Assembly: GCF_001194135.2 (NCBI RefSeq)
Contig: NC_068987.1
Span: forward strand, 90,845,284-90,892,564
DNA length: 47,281 nucleotides
Source: Octopus bimaculoides
Taxonomy: Eukaryota
Reading direction: 5' to 3'
The position numbers and the translations under genes were made by a program. The notes beneath the pieces were generated by a model. It was not told the origin of the DNA. It saw only the letters and a program-made list of their open reading frames with translations, and did no database searches. Of the stretch, positions 11,757 to 23,800 are shown one piece after another; the first letter of the stretch is position 1; every line of letters begins with the position of its first letter.

Positions 11757-12135
11757 ATGTTTTCCAATCTATTTATTCTTTTCTTATTTCTTCTTGGCAC
11801 TCTGTGATGATATGTATCCCAGGTTTATGGTTTTCTTTGTTCATCTTTATTTCAAAGATTATGCTCGTGTTCTGTAACATCCAAGGTTCCATTTTTGTGC
11901 AGGTTGATATGAAAAGCATTAAAACTTGCACACGAAAGAAGTGTCATTGATCGAATCTAAGGCAAGGGAATTAACTCTGTTTTCGTAACTACTATATTGG
12001 AAGAGCTGTGACCATTTCTTTGCTTTATAACACACACTGTGCATCACTAGTTTATGCAAAAACAGAAATGGCAACCTTTATTGTTAGGTTGTGGTTCAGT
12101 TAAAATTTGTTTCTATTTGGACTAGACAAGTTTAA

Positions 12136-13398
12136 CCCTTTCGTTACCAAACCGCCCAAAATCACCTATTCATATTTAAATGAGAATATCTAAGCAAATC
12201 TCGTTAGTACATTTGTGTAAACAGTTCAGCCATAATTTTGTACAACGATCGGCGTGTTTTTTTAATTTTGGGAGATTTTTTTCCAAAATTTGTAATCCTG
12301 ACAAAAAAATGGATACGAATTTTATTCTGTCAAGCAGCAAGTCAGAATTCGAAGGATTTTCCGTTGAAGACCTTGATAAATCTAACTCTGTAACCAAAAA
12401 AAAAAAAAAAGCACGTGGCATTTGATAATGAATCTTAGGTTTCATTTTCCGAAAATGAAAGCAGTGAATCCGAGAGCTCCGATAAAGAGAATGAATTAGT
12501 ACCTGAATGGAGTGAAAATTTAAACACTCCTTCTTTCAGTGATTTTTCTGAAGAAACTGGACCAAGTCACAGTCTTACTCAGGAGAGTGGAGCTTTAGAC
12601 TATTTCTTTTTGCGATGTACCTATTCGAATTGATTACGGCGTAAAAAAGGATAGTTTGAGGTTTGCCATAAATATTATTATGGGAATTAGAAAGTTACCT
12701 AGAATAACAAATTACTGGAGTAGTGATGAACCCTTTGGCGACGAATGTCTCAAGTATAATGACGAGGATACGGTTTTTTTAAAATTGACTCAATATCTAC
12801 ATGTAAGAGACACGAGCAGTACATGGAAAACCAGAATTTGATCCCTTATTTAAAATAAGACCCCTCATTGACTGTGTTCAAAGCACATATAAAACAGTTT
12901 ATAGATAAGGATATGGTGGGCTATAAAGGCCGAGTGCGTTTTCAGCAGTATATGCCAGGAAAGTGCACAAAATGAGGGATCAAAGTTTGGAAAAGATTTG
13001 TGAATCAAATACTGGGTACTGCTCTGGATTTTAATTTTATACTGGCAAAAGAGAGTAATGAATCCAGTTTATGTGCACAACTCTTCTATAATAATATTTT
13101 GTTGTATACCCAATTGAATATTAGCAAATAACCCATTTTCTGTAGCGATGTTTGAACAAAAATTTTAAATTAATATTTTGTTGAATTTACCTGTAATTAA
13201 AGTCACTTTGTGACAAATATTTTGGTATAGAATTGGATGAGAACCTTTCGTTAATTTATCTTCCAAAAATCACATTAATATGTTGATAAATAAAAAAGTT
13301 AGAGTTGTTTAATGAAACCAGCCTAAATTTATGATTATGTTAGAAGTTAATTGAAACACATAAGGGGTGTAATTTGGTTAGAAATATGGTAACAAAGG
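12136..13398 (+). mobile_element. Non-autonomous piggyBac element copy 2 (intergenic)
   Basis: TTAA at 12132-12135 and 13399-13402; left TIR intact, right TIR slightly decayed; collinear with copy 1, including the same internal deletion. Confidence 0.9.
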
Positions 13399-14589
13399 TT
13401 AAGAGAACATTTTGATCAGTTAGTCCAGTAAGAGAATTGTTTGTAGTTCTATCAGAATTTCTCATTTCACCATTTCAAACCCCATCTGTTTATATAGAAG
13501 ATATTGACAGAATGAACCTGAATTCATGACTTGTTAAATATTAATATGCATATTAAATGAAATAGTTATTTTTCAATATGCTTATGTTTAACCGTTTCCT
13601 TACTGTATATATTCTGAGATATTGTTTCTTTCAATTTTAAATATAACGAAAAATTTAGTAAATTAATTTAGTTATCACTAAAGTGGTGTTAGGGAGATAA
13701 ATTGCGACTAAGGTTTGGTGGAAGATTTTAATTCAGAACTGGTTGGTATGGAAAGGGCTAAATTTACTGAGTCTTGAATTCTGGCTGGCCTCTGCTGTAT
13801 GTACACGGATACTTATTACAACTGGGACCAGAATTGTTAGCATGCTAGGTAGATTGTCTGACAGCATTCCATCACTACACACTGGGATCAACCTTGGCGA
13901 AATTTGAACTCTGGATGTAGCAATTGGCAAAATACCACTAAACGTCTCGCCCAGCTGATTATTCTGCGAGTTTGCTGCAAGAGGGTCTGTAACATTATAA
14001 CCACCACAACAAAGAAATAGCAGCCAATAATCTTGCCTGAAAGAAAAACTTGATCAATCACAGTCCAATAACATTAAAAACAAAGTATTGAAATTTTTTT
14101 TTTTTTTTATTAAATAATAAATGAAAAGTCCAAAATAGTTTACAAAATTTTTTTTTTTTTTCCCCAAGGTACATTTCTCGAAAAAACATTCTCGATTGAA
14201 TGCAACAATATGCTTCAGAGGATAAATATACTCATGTAAATGCTTTTTTTTTATATATATACACATGCTTATACTTGTGTGTGTGTGTATAGATAGATAG
14301 ATAGATAGTTAGTTGTGTTTGTAGCTTCGTATACATTTTCATAAACCAACCAGGTAATTTATCAGTTTATAAGAAACAGAGCAAATGGAAGAATAAGGGT
14401 GAAACCGAAGTTTATATTAAAAGGGCCGTAGTTATTTTTAACTTGGTACAATGGGGTTTCCTGAGGATTCGTCGTTGAGCATCTAAAATGCATTGGGAAT
14501 ATCCATTGCAGTACTCCAAACCACCTTTTCATCCTTACCTTTCATGTGTGTGTGTGTATATACAAATTATATATGATGCATACATGAGA

Positions 14590-14595
14590 TTTATT
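14590..14595 (-). terminator. RRM1: Probable RRM1 polyadenylation signal (AATAAA on -)
   Basis: TTTATT on +, about 115 nt past the stop codon; longer 3'UTRs cannot be excluded. Confidence 0.55.
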
Positions 14596-14708
14596 GAATG
14601 TGAGAGACATGCGTAAATATTTCAACGTGACTTATGTACATACATGCATCCTTATATATATATCAACCCGATCACAGCAAAGAAAGAGCAGGATTGGCAG
14701 TTCTTCTT

Positions 14709-14882
14709 TTAACCACTACACATCAAACATTCCTCTCTGTTGTTAATTGAACAGGCAATGGCAGCTTCATTTTGTTCTTGAGTTTTCTTCACTGGTGTGG
14801 TGAGTTTCGTTTTATCAACAGTGAATTGAATGGCATTCACTGCTGGTTTGGTCCGTAAGTAGTACATTCCTGTCTTTAAGCC
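14709..14882 (-). CDS. RRM1: RRM1 exon 18 ([11 protein letters not shown]...CLMCSG*)
   Basis: CCAG acceptor; TAA at 14711-14709. Confidence 0.97.
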   Translation of the reverse strand, partial: GLKTGMYYLRTKPAVNAIQFTVDKTKLTTPVKKTQEQNEAAIACSINNREECLMCSG

Positions 14883-17800
14883 CTGGTTATCAAGTAATAA
14901 AGGTTTTATTATGTTATAAGTCTTTTAAAGAATGGTTCGATTATTCAACATTCTCGTTACTTTGTCAAATGTAATATTCACATTTTATACATTAATTCTT
15001 GTACTATTTCATAGCTTTGAGACCTCGAAGCTGTGATTGTTCAATTTTAGAGTGACACTGTAGGGCAGGTGTGATAGGCCAGTTTGAACAGCAAGAATAT
15101 TTGGACCACATGTGGCCAGTTTAAATGCTAAAGGATTAATCCAAGGACTGTACAGTTATAGAATCTGGCAGGACACTTAAAGCTGAACTCCGAGTGTCAA
15201 TGGCAATTGTTCCAAAGATTTCCCTTGCTGTTCTCACCCTGTAGCAAGACTTGATGCCAGGAAGTGAACAGATTACTGTCAAATATAATGCTTATCTATT
15301 CATATTTGTTTTAAATTAATTATGCATTATCTCATAGCTTTGAGAATGTTGTTTATAAAATTGAATGAAATGAGAAACGGGAAGCAAGAAGACTTACCAT
15401 TTTCCATGCATAGAAGTGCATGCTGGTTAACTTTCCATAGTTTGGTTCCGCAATATGTAAATTCATTGACTGACTCTGATCTATATAAATTCCTCGGTCA
15501 GCTGCCATTTTAATCACCATTTTCTGGGAGATTTCCCAAACAGTTTTGTAGAGTTTCTTAAGGTCATCAGGAACATCCATAGACTAAGGCAGAGGAAAAT
15601 GGTGATTAAAACATCAGAATTTAGAAAAGCAATCAGAAATAAAGATATCAATTCTTAAAACAGTTGAGGATTTATTTCTAATGAGCAAGTACTTTGTTAC
15701 TGGGATTAATCTTGAGCTCAGGAGAATTATATTTATTTGGCACTCCTTCGGTTCCAATTGATCTGATCAATAGAAGAGCCTGCTCATGAAATTAATGCGG
15801 TAGTGGCCGAGTACTCCACAGACAGACACCATCAACGTAGTTCTCGGAGATTCAGCTGGATGCAGGTGACAAGATGGCTCTTTTGAAATACAGGTACAAC
15901 TCATTTTTGCAAACAGATGACTGGAGCAATGTGAAATAAAGTGTCTTGCTCAAGGACACAAGGCACTGCTGGGAATTGAACTCGTGACCTTATGATTATG
16001 ATCCAAATACCCTAACCACTAAGCCATGCACCTTCAGAGGAGGACAGAATCATATCAACTTCAGTGCAAGGGGTTTGCACTGAGAACGTAACTGAACAGC
16101 AAAAGGTTTCAACTCTCCCAACACTGGACCTTTACAATAAATAATTCTAATTAATGGCACAAAGGATGAAAGCTAAAGCCAAGAGAAATGCAGCTAAAGA
16201 TTCTGCCAGGTGCCATGAGAATTCTTTAAACACCAGCATCGGTTGTCAAGCAATGTTGGAGCGGGGGGACAAACCCAGATACGTACGCCAGGCTTCTTTC
16301 AGTTTCTGTCTTACCAAATCCACTCACAAAGCTTTGGTCGGCCAGAGGCTTAGGTGCCACGCAATGAGACTGAACCCGGAAGCATGTAGTTGGTAAGCAA
16401 GCTTCTCATGTCTTTATTGCCCACAAAACAAGGACAGACAAAGGAGGGATTAAGTCGATTAGATCAACCCAAGTGTGTGACTGGTACTTAATTTATCGAC
16501 CCCGAAAGGATGAAAGGCAAAGTCGACCTTGGCGGAATTTGAACTCAGAACGTAACAGCAGACGAAATACCGCTAAGCATTTCGCCCGGCGTGCTAACGT
16601 TTCTGCCAGCTCGCCGCCTTAAGCAAGCTTCTTACCACACGGTCACTCATGAAATAATAAGAATGGTTTAAAAACACAACAATGCATCTCTTTCCATCAA
16701 GCTTTGAAATTCTCAATTCAAATTTTGTCGAGTTGACTTCCCCCTTTTCTTTGCTTAAATATCCTGCATTTTGTGAACGAAACTGTGATTGGTTATAGGT
16801 TTCCAGTGGGACAGTCACTGGTTTGCAATATTTCCTATTATGTGAGGAACAATGAATCGTTCGTGCAGAATAAACAAGATATTCTTAAAATGCACCCCAC
16901 ATTCATTGCTAGGTTTATTGTCATTACATCTTTCACACACAAGTCTCCAACAAACAAATTTCCTTTACCAAGCATCGGGAAACCTGATGCTATAACAGAA
17001 GATACTCAGCCTTAAAATAGGTACCAGACATGTTATGGAGACAACTACTTCCTTCTCGTCCAATCCATGGCCTTCTATCAGTGATACAATCCATATTTTA
17101 ATACAAAGTGTTGCTTATAATCAAGCAAAGGGAAGTAACTCAAAGGAGAAACATCAGAGGATAATGGTAAAATGTTGGTGGCTATTAATGCGTTATTTGT
17201 TGTCAGTGATGGCAGCAATGACGACCTTGCTTCATAGAATTACTTGCTCTAAAAGCCATGCATTAAATACTAATTTTATTTTGTTTCAATCATGGGACTG
17301 CGACCATACTGAGGCACCACCTTCTATGATTTCAAACAAATCCACTACTTATCCTGTTGGTCTCTTTTACCAAACTAAGTTACAAGGATATAAACAAACC
17401 AACACTGCTGGTCGGGGAGAAAACACAGCTTTGGGCATCGCTTCAGGTACATTGACGGTTATGGAATTAGGTGTGTGATACTGGGGGAAGAAAGATGCGG
17501 TTGCTTAATAAAGATGACAAACGAATGATGTTGACAATATTTAACCCCAATCAAGCAGACTTTGTTGATCGAAGACAATCCACTCATGACCATCAAGCTT
17601 TCTTTTTTTCAACTATATTTTGTATCTGAAGATGTGGCTGCCGTTTCTAGTAGTCAAGAAAATACATAGCAGCAATGACTACCAAACTTAGAAAGATGAT
17701 TGACTCACCTGAATGGAACCGTTGTTGGCAATGAGTTCATTCTTCATGTCACCATTCCACAGACCAAGTTCTGTGAGGTCTTTCAACAAATGATGATTGA

Positions 17801-20800
17801 CAACCTAAAGGAGAAGAAAATTTAACCAATCACATCAAACCATTATAGTTTACCAAATTATATGGATTTAATATAACCATTAAAAGAGAACGATAGGTTG
17901 ATTTCCTTTACTGTATATTCCTCACAATTTACAAAGATTTATTGTTTAGTTCCCAATCAATCATTATCAAGTTGAGAATATTATTCATTAAAGTTATTTT
18001 ACCCTTTTTCAAGGCAGCACTAATGAAATGATGCCATTTGAGGAAGATCAGGTTGCTATTTCTAGCATTTTGACCATGACATGTAAAGCCTCCCTTTACT
18101 GCCAGTGAAATTCTAAAAGAGTTACAAGTAACAGTTTTTTCCTTAATCTTAAACTTAAGTCACCGGGAAATGTTACTTATATTCATGGTAACCTTGACTG
18201 GTTCAGAATTTCTTTAAGTCAATAAACTGGAATCAGGCTGCACCTGAAAAAAACTTCAAGACATCTCTACAAATGAACAAAAACCGATTACAGAACTGTT
18301 GCATATAGATACAAACTGCATATATTTATATTTATGGACTCCTTGATATTACTGTCATGAGTCCTAGAACTCCTGGCTGGTTGCCCCAGCTCAAATTCCA
18401 TGGCCCTATAAGTAACCAAAATCACAACATTTGCCTTGAATGAGATGCTGGTCCATCACAGGGTTACCCATTCACAGCAGAGTGTTGCGGAGCACATGTG
18501 AAATGAAATGCTTTGCTTCAAAAGCACAACGCATCACTTGCTCTGGGAAATGAAACCACAATTTTGCAAGCATAAATACAACACTAACACCTATCTCATC
18601 ATCATATGTCCACCTTCCATGCTGGACAGCTTGACAGGAACCGGCCAGGCAGAAGCCTGCACTAGATGTCTGTGGCTGTTTTGGCAGGATTTTTACAGCT
18701 GGATGCCCTTCCCAACACCAACCATCCAGCACAGTGGACCTGGTGCTTTTTACAAGGCACAAGCACAGGCAAAGTCAGTTTTGGCTAGGTTTTTACAGCT
18801 GGATGCCATTCCAAATGCCAACCACTTTATAGTGTGGACTGGATGCTTTTTATTTGCACCTAAATTTTCCATTTGTCTACACAATCTTTTCTACTCTAGG
18901 CACAAGGCCCGAAATTTGGGGGGAAGGAGAGAGTCAATTAGATCTACCCCAGTATGCAACTGGTACTTAATTTATCGACCCCAAAAGACAAAGTCGACCT
19001 CGGCAGAATTTGAATTCAGAACGTAAAAGACAATATAGCGGTAAGCGTTTCGCCTGGCATGCTAACGATTCTGCCACCTCGCAGAACTACTGGCCATACA
19101 AATACCATTTTGCTTAAACTGTGCAATAACAAAGCATACAGGATGTAAACATCCTCAGATAAATGTGGGGCTTCCATGCCGTCCCTGGCTACCAATTCCA
19201 CTTGGCAGCCTGAAGATATAGAAGAAACCTGGCCAAGGTGTAATACAGAGGAATAAAACATATGAAAATAAGGATAATTACCATGAATTCTCCAGACAGC
19301 ACACGTCTTGTATAAATATTGCTGGTATAGGCTTCAATGGACTCATTATTTCCAAGAATCTGGGCTGTGGAAGCAGTTGGCATCGGAGCCAGTAACAGGC
19401 TGTTCCTTACTCCATGTCTGTAACAAATAAGCATTACCTGTGTAACGTAGGTTCAGGTGAGAGAAACTAACACGCAGAAACAGGATTTTTTTTTTTCTTT
19501 TCTTTTGCTTATCTTTCATATTAAGACCCTATCATGCTGTTCATCAAATTTTTGCATAAATATTTTCATTTGTCAAATCCAAAATATTTTTAACCTTTTA
19601 GCATCTAAACCAGCCACATCTGACCAAAACATTCAAACTGACCAGATCTGGCCTCTCACACCTACCTTACAATGTCATTCCAGAGATAAAAGCAATTACA
19701 TTCACATCTCAAAGCTGAGATAATGAATAATTTCTTTTTTTTTTTTTTAAATGTGAATAAATAAATAATTGTTACACTTGACAGAGGAATCTGAATGCAA
19801 AACTGTTAAAACTGTATCTGTGATTACTTTCTCTCAGCAATTTTTGAAGAATTTCTTACATTGGTACTGAAAAATTGGCAGGGAGGGGAGTTGATTAAAT
19901 AGGTCTTCAATTAATTACTGGTATTTCTATCTGATAATTCTAAAAGGAGGGAAAACAGAAACTTCACTGGGATTTTAATTGAAAATGGAGGAATATAGCT
20001 GAACCAAATGTAATTCTGCCAAAACCTCTTCATAATTCATAAATAAACTTTAGAATTTGCAAATACACATGGCCACAGGTGTCAACTTATTTAGTATCTA
20101 CCTTTTACCATTTCTTTCTGTCATTGGATTGTGGCCATGCTGGGGTTGAGTTAAAAATCAACCAGAGTTCTTTTTTTTAAGAACAGTACTTATTCTAGAA
20201 AATTACTATTTGTAAATCTCACGAGAGATATTCAGCAACAGTACTTTGAAGTAAAAATTATTTGCCAACATAACATGGCAGTCCTGGTTTAGGATGAATG
20301 TTGCTGTAATTTAACCCCAGGAGACATCCTCTCTAGCTGGCTATATGACACGATCTGTGTCCTTATATTTTCAAACAAGGGAATCTAGCACTCCCTTGTT
20401 CAAAAATGTAAGGTCACTGATCGTGTGGTATAGCCAGCTGGAGACGATGTCGCCTGGAGTTAAATTACAGCAACATCATCATTGTTTAACATCCACTTTC
20501 CATGCTGGCATGGGTTGGACGGTTTGACTGAGGACTGCCGAGCCAGATGGCTTCACCAGGCTCCAATCTGATCTGGCAGAGCTTCAACATTCGTCCTAAA
20601 CCAGGACTGCCATGTTATGTTGACAAACAATTTTTTTTCTACTTATATTTCATGTTGCTCCAGTGTTGTGCGGAGCAGAGCCTGTCAAAGAATGGACCTA
20701 ATGTTTCTTCTGTGTGTCACAGAAGACGACTGAAAAGAAGCTGAAGCAGGATTTGCATTGCAACCTCGTAAAACCCTCACCGGCCACGACCACCCAAACA

Positions 20801-23800
20801 GACTGATGGGTTAGAGAGGTGTCGCCTGACTGGGTTACCTGGCAGGGTATCACCAACAAACAGTGAATGCAGAAACATGCTGTCAAAGTTCTGATGCTGG
20901 AAAATGAAATTCTATTCAACAGAATGTACTGCTTCTTCTAATCTTACAGAAGGAACAGCCACATCAGTGGTTCCTGGGGGAAGGGGTCTATGAATGTATT
21001 AAGCTGACAGACCTTTCAATAGCCTATGGTCCTTGGGAAAACTCATTTAAATAAAAGGGTCCTTGGTAGTGAAATGGTAGGGAACCATTGATCTTCATGG
21101 TTATGAAACCAGCTGACAATTGCTGTCAAGTGCTAAATACAATGTTCAAGAAAAGGATCAGGCTTGTAAGGAGCTAAATGACTAATAGTGACCCACTCAA
21201 GCCAGCGAGCTAGCAAAATCGTTAGACTGCCTGGGAAAACACTTAGAGGCATTTCATCCATTATTACATTCAGAGTTCAAACTCCACAAAGTCAACTCTA
21301 CATGTCACCCTTCCAGGGTCGATAAAATCAATACAATTGACTGACCCTCTCCTTGGAAATTGAGCCAAAATTTGAAATCAATATTAACCCACTCAAATCA
21401 GCAAATAAAAGAAATCATTATCAGGGAGGGGGGTAAATCAAATCGGGTGTGACAAACAAGATACGTTGCATTACTTGGGCTTACATGCAGATTTCAATTC
21501 CCAAGGGATCTGCTTTTTTCAGCAAGATTAACAAAATACCAGTTAATTACTACTCATCATCGTTTAACGTCCGTTTTCCATGCTGGCATGGGTTGGACAG
21601 TTGACTGAGGTCTGGAAAGCCAGCGGCTGCACCAGGCTCCAATCTGATGTGGCAATGTTTCTACAGCTGGATGCTCTTCCTAATGCCAACCACACCGAGA
21701 GTGTAGTGGGTGCTTTTTTATGTGCCACTGGCACAGGAGCCAGTCAGGCGGGCCTGGCATCGATCATGTTTGGATAGTGCATTTTACATGCCACCGGTAC
21801 TGGAGGCCCAGGCAGGGGCTGTTGCTACTACTACTACTACTAATAATAATATTAATAAACTGACAAGTCTAACTTTCAATTCTTAATGCTGAAAGTTGTT
21901 CCATTTCAGGTTTCTAAAAGCATTTTTCTTTTGGACAAAATTCACTCTATTCAATGACTAAGCTTCAGACTGAAGGCTCAAACAGGAACATTATTGGGTC
22001 AATTAGGCCAACAAAACACTTGTAAATCATCGCTAATTGGTATAGTTTTGCTGGCTGAAAACTATAAAATAACAGATTGTACATAAATTCGTTTGTTGAG
22101 AAGGGCAGACAACTGCTGTAGGATTAAAAATAAATGGTTGGTTGGATACGAGTTTAAGGGGATCATTTGAGACAGAGAGGGTTTTAAGAGTACAATCAAT
22201 GTACAAAGACATTTAGTAGTACAGTGGTTCAATTCTCAGTTAATGCTTGCATTTCTTTTGTGCAAAGAGGGGCAGCTGAAGTCATTTCTCATTAAAATTA
22301 GTTAATTGCACCTATATTTAATGCTCTCTGAGAAACCCATGAACAAATCAACACCACACTAGGATGAAAATGAATTTTTTATCCTTAATTTCAGGGATCT
22401 CCCAGATATAAGACACGAGTGCTTGCCTTCACATCCTCACAGCTAAAAGCGAAGTCCTGATATTATAAATATAGACTAAAGTATTCCAACCATGACATTC
22501 CAAACTAATGCTTTACGAAGATATTGAGTTGGTACATAATTATTGTGGCTTTTTTTTTTCAACAAAAACATCTCTAAATGATTATTCTGGAGCATATTCA
22601 CCATCTACTTCATTTACTGCTTCCCATTTGCTTGGCAGACGGTCGGATCATCACTTAAAGATGTTTTCGTTGAATAAAATTTGTTGAAAAAAAGCTGCAA
22701 TAATTATGCACCAACCCAAAAGGTATGTTGTGATTAAAGGGAGATGTGGCTAAGTTTTGTAGGTTTAGCAACCCCAAACAGGTTCGGTCAATGACTGGAG
22801 ATTAATGGAAACACAAACAGTTAATGGCTGAAGTCTTACTTGGCAATTCGGTCTTTGAGTGCAGCCCAATCATGCATCGGATGTGGATCTGCGTTCCACA
22901 TGTCATATTGAAGAATCTAGAAAAAGAAGAAAATATATTTAGAGCATCTAAAATACTAATAGAATTACTTCTTGATTATCGTGTAATGAGGATTTCTTAA
23001 CCCATTAAGTCCCAGAGAACTTAAATGTTTCAATATTACTTTTAAATTATTACAGATGATTAAAAATAGGTTAAAAGGAAAAAAAAATTATTATTAAAAC
23101 TCCTTTACTTCAAGTAGAAATGGAAATACTTGGTTCCCTATAAATAGGACACTGAGACAATGTGATATAGCTTATTCAATACAGTTCCATATTTAAGAGA
23201 TGAATTATTTAAATTTGACAGATATATTTGTCCTCATCTTGCTTGTTAACACGTTTCGGCTGATATACCCTCCAGCCTTCATCACGTGTCTTATGCTAGC
23301 ATGGAAAGCGGACGTTAAACAATGATGATGACTGCCTGGAATCAAACTCGGAATCTTGGGGTTAGTAGCCCGCGCTCTGAACCACTATGCCATATGCCCA
23401 TGGGCAATTATGGAGTGAATTTTAGAGCTTATAAATCTATTTTCCTATCCTTCCTTAATACCGGTTCCCATATGTTGTTCATATCTGCACTCGGTCTGCT
23501 TAGGAGGTTGTTGTGTCCTAGAATATGTGCTGCTTCTTTTAGTTTTCGTATTTTCCAGTGGTGTTCTGTATTATTTAAGCTTTATCCCACAGGTTCAAAA
23601 TATCCCCAAGACACCTGTTGAAGGCTGAAACATTGTGTTAACAACAAACAAGATGAGGACAAATATCCGTCAAATGTAAATAATGTAGCTTATTTAATGT
23701 TCTCATGTAGTGTCCTATTTATAGGACAGTGGAACTTAATGGGTTAAGGAGAATTCATTTAAATAAGAAAGCAAATAACTGAAACTATGAATAGACATCC

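Noticed and set aside
14533-14540. Strong minus-strand donor AAAG|GTAAGG that could define an NMD-triggering 3'UTR intron in RRM1
   Set aside because: Lies beyond the likely AATAAA, and there is no convincing acceptor
17035-17478. 147-aa ORF on +
   Set aside because: Antisense to RRM1; distal half is SINE-derived; no recognisable domain
18508-19026. 172-aa ORF on +
   Set aside because: Made up of RTE-tail and SINE copies
23345-23392. tRNA-like sequences (also ~25489-25553 and ~25558-25623) as real tRNA genes
   Set aside because: Acceptor, anticodon and T stems do not pair properly; they are part of the Penelope-linked repeat
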